DNA of 32,000 nucleotides from Cylindrospermopsis raciborskii Cr2010 (lineage in GTDB: Bacteria; Cyanobacteriota; Cyanobacteriia; Cyanobacteriales; Nostocaceae), in assembly GCF_003367075.2 (NCBI RefSeq), contig NZ_CP065936.1, positions 1,260,001 to 1,292,000 on the forward strand, written 5' to 3'. The translations under genes were made by a program, and so were the position numbers. Below, piece by piece: positions 16,252 through 25,389 of the stretch. How positions within the stretch are numbered: the first letter of the stretch is position 1; the number at the start of each line of letters is the position of its first letter. Below the pieces are notes generated by a model. It had not been told where the DNA came from and ran no database searches. It was given only the letters and a program-made list of their open reading frames with translations.

Positions 16252-19200
16252 TAAGTACCATATTTAAGACCTGCGCTCCTCGGGAGGAAATTTTAGCAGG
16301 GGAACTGTCGTTAGATCTATTCGCTGCTAAGTTGGAATCGGTAGTAAAAGGTACAGCACCTAAAGTATATAATGACCCGAAAACCTTTTTTGAAAATACT
16401 TTTGCTACTGATGGCTTAAAAAATTTAATTACCGAAGTATTTGGTAGACTAAGTGGAAATATGGTAGGTTCACCTATCATTCGATTAGAGACTAGCTTTG
16501 GTGGTGGTAAAACCCATGATGAAATAGCTTTATGGCACATTGCTAAACATGGTAGAAAGATTCCCGGTATAGAGAGATTTACTGATAATATTGAAATTAT
16601 ACCAAGTTATGCGGTTAAGGCTGGGGCTATTGCCTGTCAAGACTTAGAACCTGCGGATGGGGTGTTTCATAGGGATACGGGAATTAGGACTTATACTCTG
16701 TGGGGAGAAATTGCTTACCAATTGGGGGGAGTAGAAGGTTATAGCTTGCTCAAGGGTGCGGATGAAATGAGAGTTAGTCCTGGAACGGATGTGTTGAGAA
16801 GAATTATTCAGGATGCTCCTACGGTGATTATTCTGGATGAAGTAGCAATGTATTTGAGAAGGGCAAAAGGAATAACTGTAGGTGAGAGTGATTTGGCTAA
16901 ACAGGTTATAGCTTTTTTGTTTGCGCTCATGGATTTAGCTGCTTCTACTAATAATATCGTATTGGTATATACTCTGGCTTCCGCTAGTGACAGTTTTGGA
17001 GAGGAAACGAGGGAGGTGAGGGAAGCTCTTTCTATTTCTGCTAGACAGGAAAGAATTATCAAACCTAGTACGGATGTGGAGATATATAATATAGTTAAGC
17101 AAAGAATGTTTAGTAGTATATGTTCTAATGCGGCAAGGGATGCTGGGAGGGAATATATGCAAGTTTATAAGAACAGTCGATTAGATCTACCTAGTGGATG
17201 TAAGGATAGTAGTTATGCTGAAAGTATTGAACAGAGCTATCCATTTCATCCTGAACTATTTAATCTACTGACTAAGAAGATAGCATCCATTCCTAATTTC
17301 CAGCGCACGAGGGGAGCATTACGGTTATTGGCTATAGTTATTCGCTATCTTTGGCAAGAATTGGAAGATTTAGCCGAGAATTCAGGTATAATGGGTGAAA
17401 ATTCACCTTTTTGGATTCCTATGATCCATCCCCATCATATTCCCCTGGGTATGGAGGAAGAAATCACCAGTGATTTAACTTCTCGTTTGGATAGACCACT
17501 GATGCGAATACCTATCCAAGCAGATATTTACAATCCAGATGGTCGCGAAGCACATAGTCAAATACAGGATAAGGAATGGAGTGCAGCAGACAAACCACCT
17601 TTTACTAGCTGGGTTACCAGAACTATTTTTCTTAATTCTATCAACCAAGGGACTGCAGCAGGTATTCGGGTTTCGGAACTGAATTTATGTTTGCTCACAC
17701 CTGGTATGGATATTGGTTTTGTACAAACGGTTTTAGAGAGATTAGGAGAGGTTGCTTGGTATTTAGATTATGACCAATTTACATCTACTGCTAGGTTTAA
17801 AGAAGAACCATCACTCAATAAGGTGATTGCTCAAGAAAAGGAGCAAGTAACTACTACAGAAACGAAGGAACGTTTAAGAAGGGAACGGGATACAATTTTT
17901 GCAGATCATTGTTTTAAACTGGTTTCTGGTCCGGTGAATCCCAGTGATGTGGATGATGTGGCGGATTATATAGCTTTATGTGTAATAGATTTTGATGAAG
18001 CAACTATTTCTGATACTACCCAAGTTGCGCCCACTTTAGTGGAAAAAGTTTTTGAAAACACGGGAGAATCGGGAAAATTCCGGATTTATAAAAATCGATT
18101 ATTGTTCCTGGTGGCTAATAAGCAGGAGTTAGAACGTAGTTTGGATAACATGAGGGAATATATTGCTATAGAAAATATAATGAGGTCTGCTGATAAGTTA
18201 CAGGATTTATCCGAGGGTCAACGGAAAAAGCTCAAGGAAAGGGAAGGCAATTTTAAGTTAAATGTAAGGGTGTCAATTGGCAATACCTACCGTCACCTAT
18301 TTTACCCTGAGAGCGATCGGGTGAAAGCACCAAAGGGATTAATGCACTATACTTTGCCTGCGCAGGATTCAGGTGATGCTAAAAAGAAGCAGCAGGAAGT
18401 GTTGCTGAAGAAATTAAGAGATTGTGGAAAGATTAGAATGGAGGATGCAGCTGCTTATGCACCTAGTTATATAGTACAAAAAGTGTGGCCAGCGGGGATT
18501 GATCATTGGAAAACTAAGGAAATGAAAGAAGCGTTTTTCAAGGATGTGAGTTTGAAGATGTTTTTAGACGGAGAAATAAGTAAGTTGAGGGAAACCATTC
18601 GCAATGGGATTTTGGATGGTTCCTGGGATATGAAAATTGGAGAGAAGGTGTTTATTAAAGCTGAAAACTTGAAAGTTCCTGATTCTATAGAGTTTTCGGA
18701 GGGAGTGGAGTTGTATCGTCCGGGGATTTTAGAACTGCCAAAACCAAGAGAGATTGAAATAAGTGCGCAGGTGATGTTTAGTAAGGATATGAAAAAACCT
18801 GTTCGAGTGGGGTGGAGAGCATCGGGAGGGTTGAAGGTACAAATGTATGAAAATGGAAAGATTATTGATAAGGAGTTTCGACCCCGGGATGAATATAGCA
18901 CTGAGATTGGGGAAACCACAATTTTTAAAATAGTTGTGGATTATGGGAATGGGGAAATTTTGGAGAAGGAAACCACAGCGTTTATAGGAGGAGGTGGTAA
19001 TGAAGGTGAGAGGTATGGTGATAGCACGAGAAAGACTACAGTTGGAGGATTTAGTGCAGCAGAATCAGGAAGTATTTTTGCGGTCAAACCATTAATATTT
19101 AGCTATGCAGGAACGGTAAATAGTAGCTTTGTGAAACTGAGTGATTTTATTAAGGACAATAAACCAGCGGGAATTCAAGAAATAGAAATTTCTGTGACAG

Positions 19201-19565
19201 AACCCATGGACTATAGGAAGTTATTTACAGCTATTCCTCTAGTAGCCAAATTACCTCTGTATATCAACCATATAGCCACAATTAGCTTAGAGGAGCAGTT
19301 TGTGAGATTGGAGTACCAAGGACCAGAGAAAGGATTTAAAGTTTTTCAGGGAATAATGCTTAGTTTTTTAAATAATCCCCTGGTGAAAGCAGATCTACTA
19401 TTGAAATTGGAGTTTAAATTTTTGTCACCAATTATGTATGGTAGAAGGGGGAGAAATAAGAGATCTTCAAAAATCGCTGGAACGGAATCCAGTAGACAAT
19501 TTGAACTTAGTTGCCAAAGTTACCTATTAAGAGTTTTCACATGCAGGAATTTCAGTTGCGAATAG
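16239..19565 (+). CDS. DUF499/COG1483-type ATPase; start codon supplied by the IS630 terminus, probable frameshift near the 3' end
   Basis: APREEILAGELSLDLFAAKL is a typical DUF499 N-terminus. A P-loop ETSFGGGKTH lies at about 16500-16517 and Walker B is VIILDEVAMYL. The ATG at 16239 lies inside the IS630 inverted repeat. The last ~40 residues are R/S/C-rich (GRRGRNKRSSKIAG..CRNFSCE). The +1 frame from 19441 reads a protein-like VEGGEIRDLQKSLERNPVDNLNLVAKVTY* ending at 19530. Confidence 0.8.
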   Translation: MKTAVSTIFKTCAPREEILAGELSLDLFAAKLESVVKGTAPKVYNDPKTFFENTFATDGLKNLITEVFGRLSGNMVGSPIIRLETSFGGGKTHDEIALWHIAKHGRKIPGIERFTDNIEIIPSYAVKAGAIACQDLEPADGVFHRDTGIRTYTLWGEIAYQLGGVEGYSLLKGADEMRVSPGTDVLRRIIQDAPTVIILDEVAMYLRRAKGITVGESDLAKQVIAFLFALMDLAASTNNIVLVYTLASASDSFGEETREVREALSISARQERIIKPSTDVEIYNIVKQRMFSSICSNAARDAGREYMQVYKNSRLDLPSGCKDSSYAESIEQSYPFHPELFNLLTKKIASIPNFQRTRGALRLLAIVIRYLWQELEDLAENSGIMGENSPFWIPMIHPHHIPLGMEEEITSDLTSRLDRPLMRIPIQADIYNPDGREAHSQIQDKEWSAADKPPFTSWVTRTIFLNSINQGTAAGIRVSELNLCLLTPGMDIGFVQTVLERLGEVAWYLDYDQFTSTARFKEEPSLNKVIAQEKEQVTTTETKERLRRERDTIFADHCFKLVSGPVNPSDVDDVADYIALCVIDFDEATISDTTQVAPTLVEKVFENTGESGKFRIYKNRLLFLVANKQELERSLDNMREYIAIENIMRSADKLQDLSEGQRKKLKEREGNFKLNVRVSIGNTYRHLFYPESDRVKAPKGLMHYTLPAQDSGDAKKKQQEVLLKKLRDCGKIRMEDAAAYAPSYIVQKVWPAGIDHWKTKEMKEAFFKDVSLKMFLDGEISKLRETIRNGILDGSWDMKIGEKVFIKAENLKVPDSIEFSEGVELYRPGILELPKPREIEISAQVMFSKDMKKPVRVGWRASGGLKVQMYENGKIIDKEFRPRDEYSTEIGETTIFKIVVDYGNGEILEKETTAFIGGGGNEGERYGDSTRKTTVGGFSAAESGSIFAVKPLIFSYAGTVNSSFVKLSDFIKDNKPAGIQEIEISVTEPMDYRKLFTAIPLVAKLPLYINHIATISLEEQFVRLEYQGPEKGFKVFQGIMLSFLNNPLVKADLLLKLEFKFLSPIMYGRRGRNKRSSKIAGTESSRQFELSCQSYLLRVFTCRNFSCE

Positions 19566-19969
19566 TGCCCACGGATAATAATAACTTTGCTGTTGAGTTA
19601 TATCAATGTGCCTATAAAAAAGCAGGAGAAAAGAAACGTCCTGCTGCTAAACGAATTGGCAGGTTAAAAAGTAGTATATTAGTACAGGTTCGGGAGATGG
19701 TTTATGATTGTTTGAAAGCGAATAACTACGATCCAAAGACTTTAACGCATAATAGGCAAGCTCATTATGTATTAAACGAGGAAACGGGAGTGAACCTAGC
19801 TTTATTATTTCAGACTGTACAACCGCTTTCAAAAGCAGAAAGAATAAGTAATATTGCCCAGGGAATACAAGCTATGAGTTATGAGGAATCTCATTATTGG
19901 TTTGCTAAAGTTAGTAATGGTAAACGCAGCCAAGCTTTAAGAGCAATTAGGGTTTTGTTGGGTGATTAG
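19541..19969 (+). CDS. Hypothetical small protein co-oriented with the DUF499 gene (system accessory?)
   Basis: 142 aa counted from the ATG at 19541 (the track starts at a TTG at 19511). The sequence looks like a real protein, with ..MSYEESHYWFAKVSNGKRSQALRAIRVLLGD at the C-terminus. I do not recognise a family. Confidence 0.55.
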   Translation: MQEFQLRIVPTDNNNFAVELYQCAYKKAGEKKRPAAKRIGRLKSSILVQVREMVYDCLKANNYDPKTLTHNRQAHYVLNEETGVNLALLFQTVQPLSKAERISNIAQGIQAMSYEESHYWFAKVSNGKRSQALRAIRVLLGD

Positions 19970-20025
19970 ATCCTCGAGCGATTGCTCAGCACTCCCTGCG
20001 GGAGCTCGCGCAGCACTCGCAACCT

Positions 20026-20053
20026 GGAGACAGGGAATTCATTCCCTGTCTCC
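20026..20053. terminator. 13-bp-stem palindrome between convergent genes (candidate bidirectional terminator)
   Basis: GGAGACAGGGAAT-TC-ATTCCCTGTCTCC. It ends 2 nt from the rhodanese stop codon and lies 56 nt after the + strand gene. There is no clear U-tract on either side. Confidence 0.45.
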
Positions 20054-20055
20054 TC

Positions 20056-20388
20056 CTACGGTTTGAATCCTTCCGTGGGTCCACCAAATGTTTTCCAAGC
20101 TGGTAAACCCCCGGAAATAATCCCTACATTCCTAAATCCAGCTGACTCCAAAATATTAGCTCCTTGGGTGGCGTGCATGTCATTTTCACCGTAAACGTAA
20201 ATTTGACGGTCTTGATGTATACTGGATTTAGCACGTTCGGCTAAATTTCCCAAAGGGATGGAAATCGCTCCGGTTATTCGATGATGATTATAGGTGGGGC
20301 GATCGCGCAGGTCAACAATTGTTAATGCGGGCTGTCCCCATCGCAAACGGGCTATCAATTCACTAGCTTCAGCAGTTAAATTACTCAT
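20056..20388 (-). CDS. Rhodanese-like domain protein (catalytic Cys apparently absent)
   Basis: 110 aa with DLRDRPTYNHHRITGAISIP...IYVYGENDMHATQGANILESAGFRNVGIISGGLPAW. The position normally occupied by the active-site Cys reads G-E-N-D. Confidence 0.8.
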   Translation of the reverse strand: MSNLTAEASELIARLRWGQPALTIVDLRDRPTYNHHRITGAISIPLGNLAERAKSSIHQDRQIYVYGENDMHATQGANILESAGFRNVGIISGGLPAWKTFGGPTEGFKP

Positions 20389-20495
20389 AAGCTGGCTTTG
20401 CTTATAACTTTAAACGCAATCTATCAGAAATAATTTTCTAGTTCTGTTTTTTTTGCTATTAATTGAAATTCCTCTAATTGTCAGTTACACTATCT

Positions 20496-22148
20496 ATGAT
20501 TCAATCTTTGCCAACGGAAGTAGTTTATTTAATCACAGCGGGAGAAGTAATTGATAGTCTAAGTGCTGTCGTTAGGGAGTTGGTGGAGAATTCCCTGGAT
20601 GCAGGTGCAACACGCATAGTTATTTCCCTGTATCCAGAACAATGGCGAGTACGCGTCACAGATAATGGTTTGGGAATGAGTCTGGAGGATTTAGAACAAG
20701 CTGCGATCGCCCATAGTACAAGCAAAATCCACCATGCTGCTGATTTATGGAAAATTAAAACTTTGGGGTTTCGTGGTCAAGCACTACATAGCTTAACTAC
20801 CTTGGGGGAACTGGAAATTTTCAGTCGCTGTGCAGGAGAAAACCAAGGATGGCGGGTGGTTTACAATAAAAATGGCAATGTGACTAAAACGGAAGTAGTG
20901 GCGATCGCACCTGGTACTGTAGTAACGGTGGATAATTTGTTTGGTAACTATGCTGAACGTCGACAAGGATTACCAAATAAAAATCAGCAGTTAAAAAAAG
21001 TCCAAGCGACAATCCAGCAAATTGCTTTGTGTCATCCCCAGGTAACCTATCAGGTATGGCAAGATAAAACGGAATGGTTTACAATTTACCCAGCACCTGC
21101 TGTGGAAAGAATAATCCCGCAAATTCTCAATCAAGTTAAGCCAGGTGATCTAAAAGGAATAAATTTAACAATACCAGAATTAGACTCGACAATTAACTTA
21201 GTAGTGGGCTTACCTGATCGGTGTCATCGACACAAACCTGACTGGGTGAAAATAGCCATTAATGGTAGAATAGTCAAGTCACCAGAGCTAGAAGAGGCGG
21301 TTTTTGGAGCATTTTATAAAACCCTACCACGCGATCGCTATCCAGTTTGTTTTGTACATTTGACTATCCAACCGGATCAAATTAACTGGAATCGCAACCC
21401 CGCCAAAAACGAAATTTACCTGAACAAAATGACTTATTGGCAACAAAAAGTTACCGAGAGTATTGATCAAGCATTTAGCATTGCTAGTTCTACTATCAAA
21501 GAGTCGGTGCAGACAGGTAGGATAACCAATTTATTCAAATTGGCTGAAACCAAGGGTGATTATAATTTTTCCCATTCTAACCCAGAAGAGAACAAAGGAT
21601 CAAATTTAATAGACTTAAAAGTAATTGGTCAAGCAAGTAACACCTATATTGTTGCCGAATATTCAGAAGGTATGTGGTTAATAGAGCAACATATAGCCCA
21701 TGAAAGAGTGATATACGAAAGACTCTGTGATCAATGGCAAATTGTACCTGTAGAATCTCCTATTGTACTTTATCAATTATCTACCGAACAGGTCAAACAA
21801 CTGGAAAAAATTAATTTAGATATTGAATGTTTTGGAGAAAACCTATGGGCGGTACGCAGTGTACCGGAGATGTTAAAAAATAGAGAAGACTGTGGAGAAG
21901 CATTGTTAGAATTGAGCATGGGGGGAAACCTAGAAGCTGCCAAAGTTGCAGTTGCTTGTCGAACTGCGATTCGCAATGGTACACCTATGACCTTAGTGGA
22001 AATGGAACAATTGATATATGATTGGCAACGCACCCGTAATCCCCGCACCTGTCCCCACGGTAGACCTATTTGTTTAACATTAGAGGAGTCAACTCTAGCC
22101 AGGTTTTTCCGTCGTCATTGGGTGGTGGGTAAGAGTCATGGGATTTAA
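20496..22148 (+). CDS. mutL: DNA mismatch repair protein MutL
   Basis: GHKL ATPase motifs are present (AGEVIDSLSAVVRELVENSLDAGATRI, DNGLGM, LGFRGQAL). The C-terminal endonuclease region is also present (..AHERVIYE.., ACR.AIR, CPHGRP). I prefer the ATG at 20496 to the TTG at 20478. Confidence 0.95.
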   Translation: MIQSLPTEVVYLITAGEVIDSLSAVVRELVENSLDAGATRIVISLYPEQWRVRVTDNGLGMSLEDLEQAAIAHSTSKIHHAADLWKIKTLGFRGQALHSLTTLGELEIFSRCAGENQGWRVVYNKNGNVTKTEVVAIAPGTVVTVDNLFGNYAERRQGLPNKNQQLKKVQATIQQIALCHPQVTYQVWQDKTEWFTIYPAPAVERIIPQILNQVKPGDLKGINLTIPELDSTINLVVGLPDRCHRHKPDWVKIAINGRIVKSPELEEAVFGAFYKTLPRDRYPVCFVHLTIQPDQINWNRNPAKNEIYLNKMTYWQQKVTESIDQAFSIASSTIKESVQTGRITNLFKLAETKGDYNFSHSNPEENKGSNLIDLKVIGQASNTYIVAEYSEGMWLIEQHIAHERVIYERLCDQWQIVPVESPIVLYQLSTEQVKQLEKINLDIECFGENLWAVRSVPEMLKNREDCGEALLELSMGGNLEAAKVAVACRTAIRNGTPMTLVEMEQLIYDWQRTRNPRTCPHGRPICLTLEESTLARFFRRHWVVGKSHGI

Positions 22149-22186
22149 AGAAACCGGATTGAAGGGTGTTCTGATTTTTTAAAAAC

Positions 22187-22222
22187 TATAAATAAGGTTA
22201 TAAATAAAATTATAAATAATTA
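22187..22222. repeat. Three tandem 12-mers (TATAAATAAnnT)
   Basis: TATAAATAAGGT, TATAAATAAAAT and TATAAATAATTA lie in the mutL-downstream intergenic region. Confidence 0.7.
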
Positions 22223-22313
22223 ATAATGGTAAATGATAAGTTTCCTGTCTATTGAAAATCCTCATAGAAAAAATTAGAATAAGTGGGTGGTTGGAATTAA
22301 ATATAAGATGAAC

Positions 22314-22346
22314 GTAGGTTGGGTTGAAGTATAAAACCCATCCTAC
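22314..22346 (+). repeat. Dispersed hairpin repeat copy
   Basis: In GTAGGTTGGGTTGAAGTATAAAACCCATCCTAC, 11 of 12 stem positions pair (GTAGGTTGGGTT with AACCCATCCTAC). Confidence 0.6.
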
Positions 22347-22391
22347 AAATAATTGTGCCTCCCTACTTATGGCAGATAAATAAACTTATCC

Positions 22392-23495
22392 ATGAAAAAG
22401 ATAGCACTTATGAATAACATAGCTAATCAGTATTATCTTTATGTTAGTAAACATGAAAGTCCAATTCCATGGAATATATATGATCCTAAACCACCCATAG
22501 AATTTGCTCTGACTAGTTATTTTGGGCAAATATTTCAGAAGATAGAACAAAGTTGTCTGCTCAGTGGTCTAATTTTTTATATCACCTGGAGTGAAATTGA
22601 CGAACTACCATCATACGGAAGCAATGTTGTGGTTTTTGTTTTGGGAGATGAATGGTATCGTATACCCAACTATGCTCATAAAGTCAGAGCGGTATTTAAG
22701 TGTATAGGAACCCAGACTATTCTAGGGTGTAATCCTTTTTTAGAGCCTTCTCGTTTGAACTTACTGACATTAATTCAGTTTTTAAGAATTCTATTTGTTG
22801 GTATACCCGGGTGGATAAATTACCGTTGGCATAAATCTAAACACTGGTTATTAGGTCAAGAAAAAATTCCGCCAATTTATGATGTTCCCCTAGGGTATAA
22901 TAAATCAGAATATCTGCCCATTAAAAATATCCAGGAGCGGATTTATGACACCTATTTTTCCGGGAGTGTAATGCACAGAAATTACGGAATTATGTCGGTC
23001 AAGTTCTGGTTAGGAACCCCTAAAATATTATCTCGAGAATTGATGTTATCAACCCTGAAAAAGTTGCAAGATAACTATCCTGAACTGAAAATAGAATTAT
23101 CCATGACAGGTGGTTACCACGAGAGAAGTAAACAAGATGACCAGAGTTACAGTCAACTGATGATGGATACAAAAATCTGTGTTGTCCCTAGGGGAACATC
23201 CTGGGAAACAACCCGTTTATTTGAGGGTATGAAATATGGCTGTGTGTTGGTAACCGAAGCATTACCTGACCGCTGGTATTTAAAAGGAGTGCCAACAATT
23301 CAAATCAAAAATTGGCAACAATTACCCAAGGTCTTAAAAGAGCTATTAGATAATCAAGATTTGATGCAAGAAATGCACCATAAGTCATTAACTTTTTGGC
23401 AAGATAAATGCTGTGAAACTGTGGTAGCAGATTATATAATTGGTAAATTAACTCCCCAGGGGAACCTTAACTTTACTAAATTCTCAAAATATTAA
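22392..23495 (+). CDS. Exostosin-like (GT47-type) glycosyltransferase family protein
   Basis: 367 aa. The C-terminal KICVVPRGTSWETTRLFEGMKYGCVLVTE resembles the exostosin-family motif. The assignment is tentative. Confidence 0.5.
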   Translation: MKKIALMNNIANQYYLYVSKHESPIPWNIYDPKPPIEFALTSYFGQIFQKIEQSCLLSGLIFYITWSEIDELPSYGSNVVVFVLGDEWYRIPNYAHKVRAVFKCIGTQTILGCNPFLEPSRLNLLTLIQFLRILFVGIPGWINYRWHKSKHWLLGQEKIPPIYDVPLGYNKSEYLPIKNIQERIYDTYFSGSVMHRNYGIMSVKFWLGTPKILSRELMLSTLKKLQDNYPELKIELSMTGGYHERSKQDDQSYSQLMMDTKICVVPRGTSWETTRLFEGMKYGCVLVTEALPDRWYLKGVPTIQIKNWQQLPKVLKELLDNQDLMQEMHHKSLTFWQDKCCETVVADYIIGKLTPQGNLNFTKFSKY

Positions 23496-23754
23496 TAAAT
23501 AACCAACAAAAGAATAAACTCCAATTCTGTGCTAGATTTAATATAACTGGAGCATTAGCTCAAATATAATGAAAATACACTTCTACAAGTGTGAAAACCC
23601 ACGGTGCCAAAATAAAGGCGTTAAATTGCCTTAACGCTTCTGCGCTTCATTTATTGGTAAATCAGGTGATCACAAAATCTGCCACTTCAAAATACATCAC
23701 AAGATGTGATTACATGGGTAAACCGATTTGTATTTGGTGTGAGGAATAGTAGAA

Positions 23755-25365
23755 ATGTCTAATAATTTTGTGTGGAAATCCATGGTAGTTAGTCCTGCGG
23801 TTTTAGGAGTAGCGCTGTTAGCGTCTGGAACAGCGATCGCTTCTACCACAGAAGCTCCCCAATCTTCTTCAGAACTAGCTCAATTTACCCCTGTTTCTCA
23901 ATTTTCCGATGTTCAACCTACAGACTGGGCGTTTCAAGCATTACAGTCCCTGGTAGAACGTTATGGTTGTGTTTCTGGTTATCCAAATGGTACCTTTCGT
24001 GGTAAAAGGGCATTAAGCCGTTATGAGTTTGCTGCAGCATTAAATTCCTGTTTAGGGAGAGTAAATGAATTAATCGCTACAGCAACAGCAGATATGGTGA
24101 CTAAACAAGATTTAGTTACTATACAGCGATTGCAAGAGGAGTTCTCCGCTGAACTAGCAACTTTACGTAGTCGTGTAGATACTGTGGAAGAGCGTACTGC
24201 GCAGTTAGAAGCTAATCAATTCTCCACCACCACTAAATTAAAAGGTGAGGCAATTTTTGTCCTCACTGATTCTTCAGGAAATGATTCTGTTCCTGGAGAG
24301 ACAGTTTTGCAAAATCGAGTCCGTTTGAACCTGCAAAGCAGTTTTACCGGTAAAGACGTGTTAGATACCCGTTTAACTGCGGGTAATGCCCAGGGATTTG
24401 GCAATACGGGGGAAACTAAACAAACCTTTGAAATTGGCAAAACTAATCCAGGTAATAACGTTGAACTGGATCAACTCACCTATCAAACACCTTTAGGTAG
24501 GGCGCGGATTTATCTAGCAGCTACAGGTGGTCAACATAGTGATTATGTAAGAGTTAATAATCCCTATTTTTCTGATAAAAATGATGATGGTAGTCTAAGT
24601 ACATTTACGGCTGAAAACCCCATTTATCGGATTGGAGGTGGTTCGGGTGTTGCGGTAAATATACCTCTGGGTGAAGGTGGTAGTGGGGTTAAATCCAGCT
24701 CCGTGAGTATAGGATACTTAGCCTCGGGAAACAGAACCTCTGGCGCGGAAAACCCTGCTAGTGGAGGTGGTTTGTTTGATGGTAACTATGCAGCTCTGGG
24801 TCAGTTAAACTTCAACTTGAGTAATCGTTTAGCCTTGGCTGCTACTTACGTACATGGTTATCATGGGGTGGGTAGTACCCTATTCGACTCGGGACGGGAT
24901 AATGGTGCAGTGGTGGGTACTCCTCAAGCCAATAGTTTGGGTCACAGTGCCCTAACTGGTTCCCAAATTAGCGCTTCCTCCAGTAATTCCTACGGACTGT
25001 CCGCAGCTTTCCACCCCACTAATAAATTAGCCATTACTGGTTTTATTTCCTACCATGATATCACTGGCTTTGGGGTGAATGATGATTATGAAGCGTGGAG
25101 TTATGGCATGGGTGTAGCACTACCTGATATGGGTAAAAAAGGGAACGTTTTGGGAATTTTTGGCGGAGCCCAACCCTACTCCTTTAGTAATGATGGTGGT
25201 GTAGGAAATCGGAATATTCCCTACCAAATTGAAGGTTTCTATAGGTATCAGGTTTCTGACCACATCTCCGTTACTCCTGGTTTAGTTTGGCTACCTGCAA
25301 TTGGTCAAAACGATAATCAACCAGATACTTTTATTGGTACGCTAAGAACAAAGTTTTCTTTCTAA
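23755..25365 (+). CDS. SLH-domain / OprB-family outer-membrane porin
   Basis: It has a signal peptide, an SLH domain (FSDVQPTDWAFQALQSLVERYGCVSGYPNGTFRGKRALSRYEFAAALNSCL), a coiled coil, and a Gly/aromatic-rich beta-barrel ending in F. Confidence 0.9.
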   Translation: MSNNFVWKSMVVSPAVLGVALLASGTAIASTTEAPQSSSELAQFTPVSQFSDVQPTDWAFQALQSLVERYGCVSGYPNGTFRGKRALSRYEFAAALNSCLGRVNELIATATADMVTKQDLVTIQRLQEEFSAELATLRSRVDTVEERTAQLEANQFSTTTKLKGEAIFVLTDSSGNDSVPGETVLQNRVRLNLQSSFTGKDVLDTRLTAGNAQGFGNTGETKQTFEIGKTNPGNNVELDQLTYQTPLGRARIYLAATGGQHSDYVRVNNPYFSDKNDDGSLSTFTAENPIYRIGGGSGVAVNIPLGEGGSGVKSSSVSIGYLASGNRTSGAENPASGGGLFDGNYAALGQLNFNLSNRLALAATYVHGYHGVGSTLFDSGRDNGAVVGTPQANSLGHSALTGSQISASSSNSYGLSAAFHPTNKLAITGFISYHDITGFGVNDDYEAWSYGMGVALPDMGKKGNVLGIFGGAQPYSFSNDGGVGNRNIPYQIEGFYRYQVSDHISVTPGLVWLPAIGQNDNQPDTFIGTLRTKFSF

Positions 25366-25389
25366 ATCATTTATTAGCATTAAGATTAG

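Noticed and set aside
13212-19565. A natural PLD/SNF2-N/DUF499 fusion protein interrupted by a simple IS630 insertion.
   Set aside because: The junction is in frame, but an SNF2 motor without its C-terminal RecA lobe is not plausible, and the ATPase part begins at a typical DUF499 N-terminus. A deletion between two IS copies is more likely. This remains testable and is listed in the findings.
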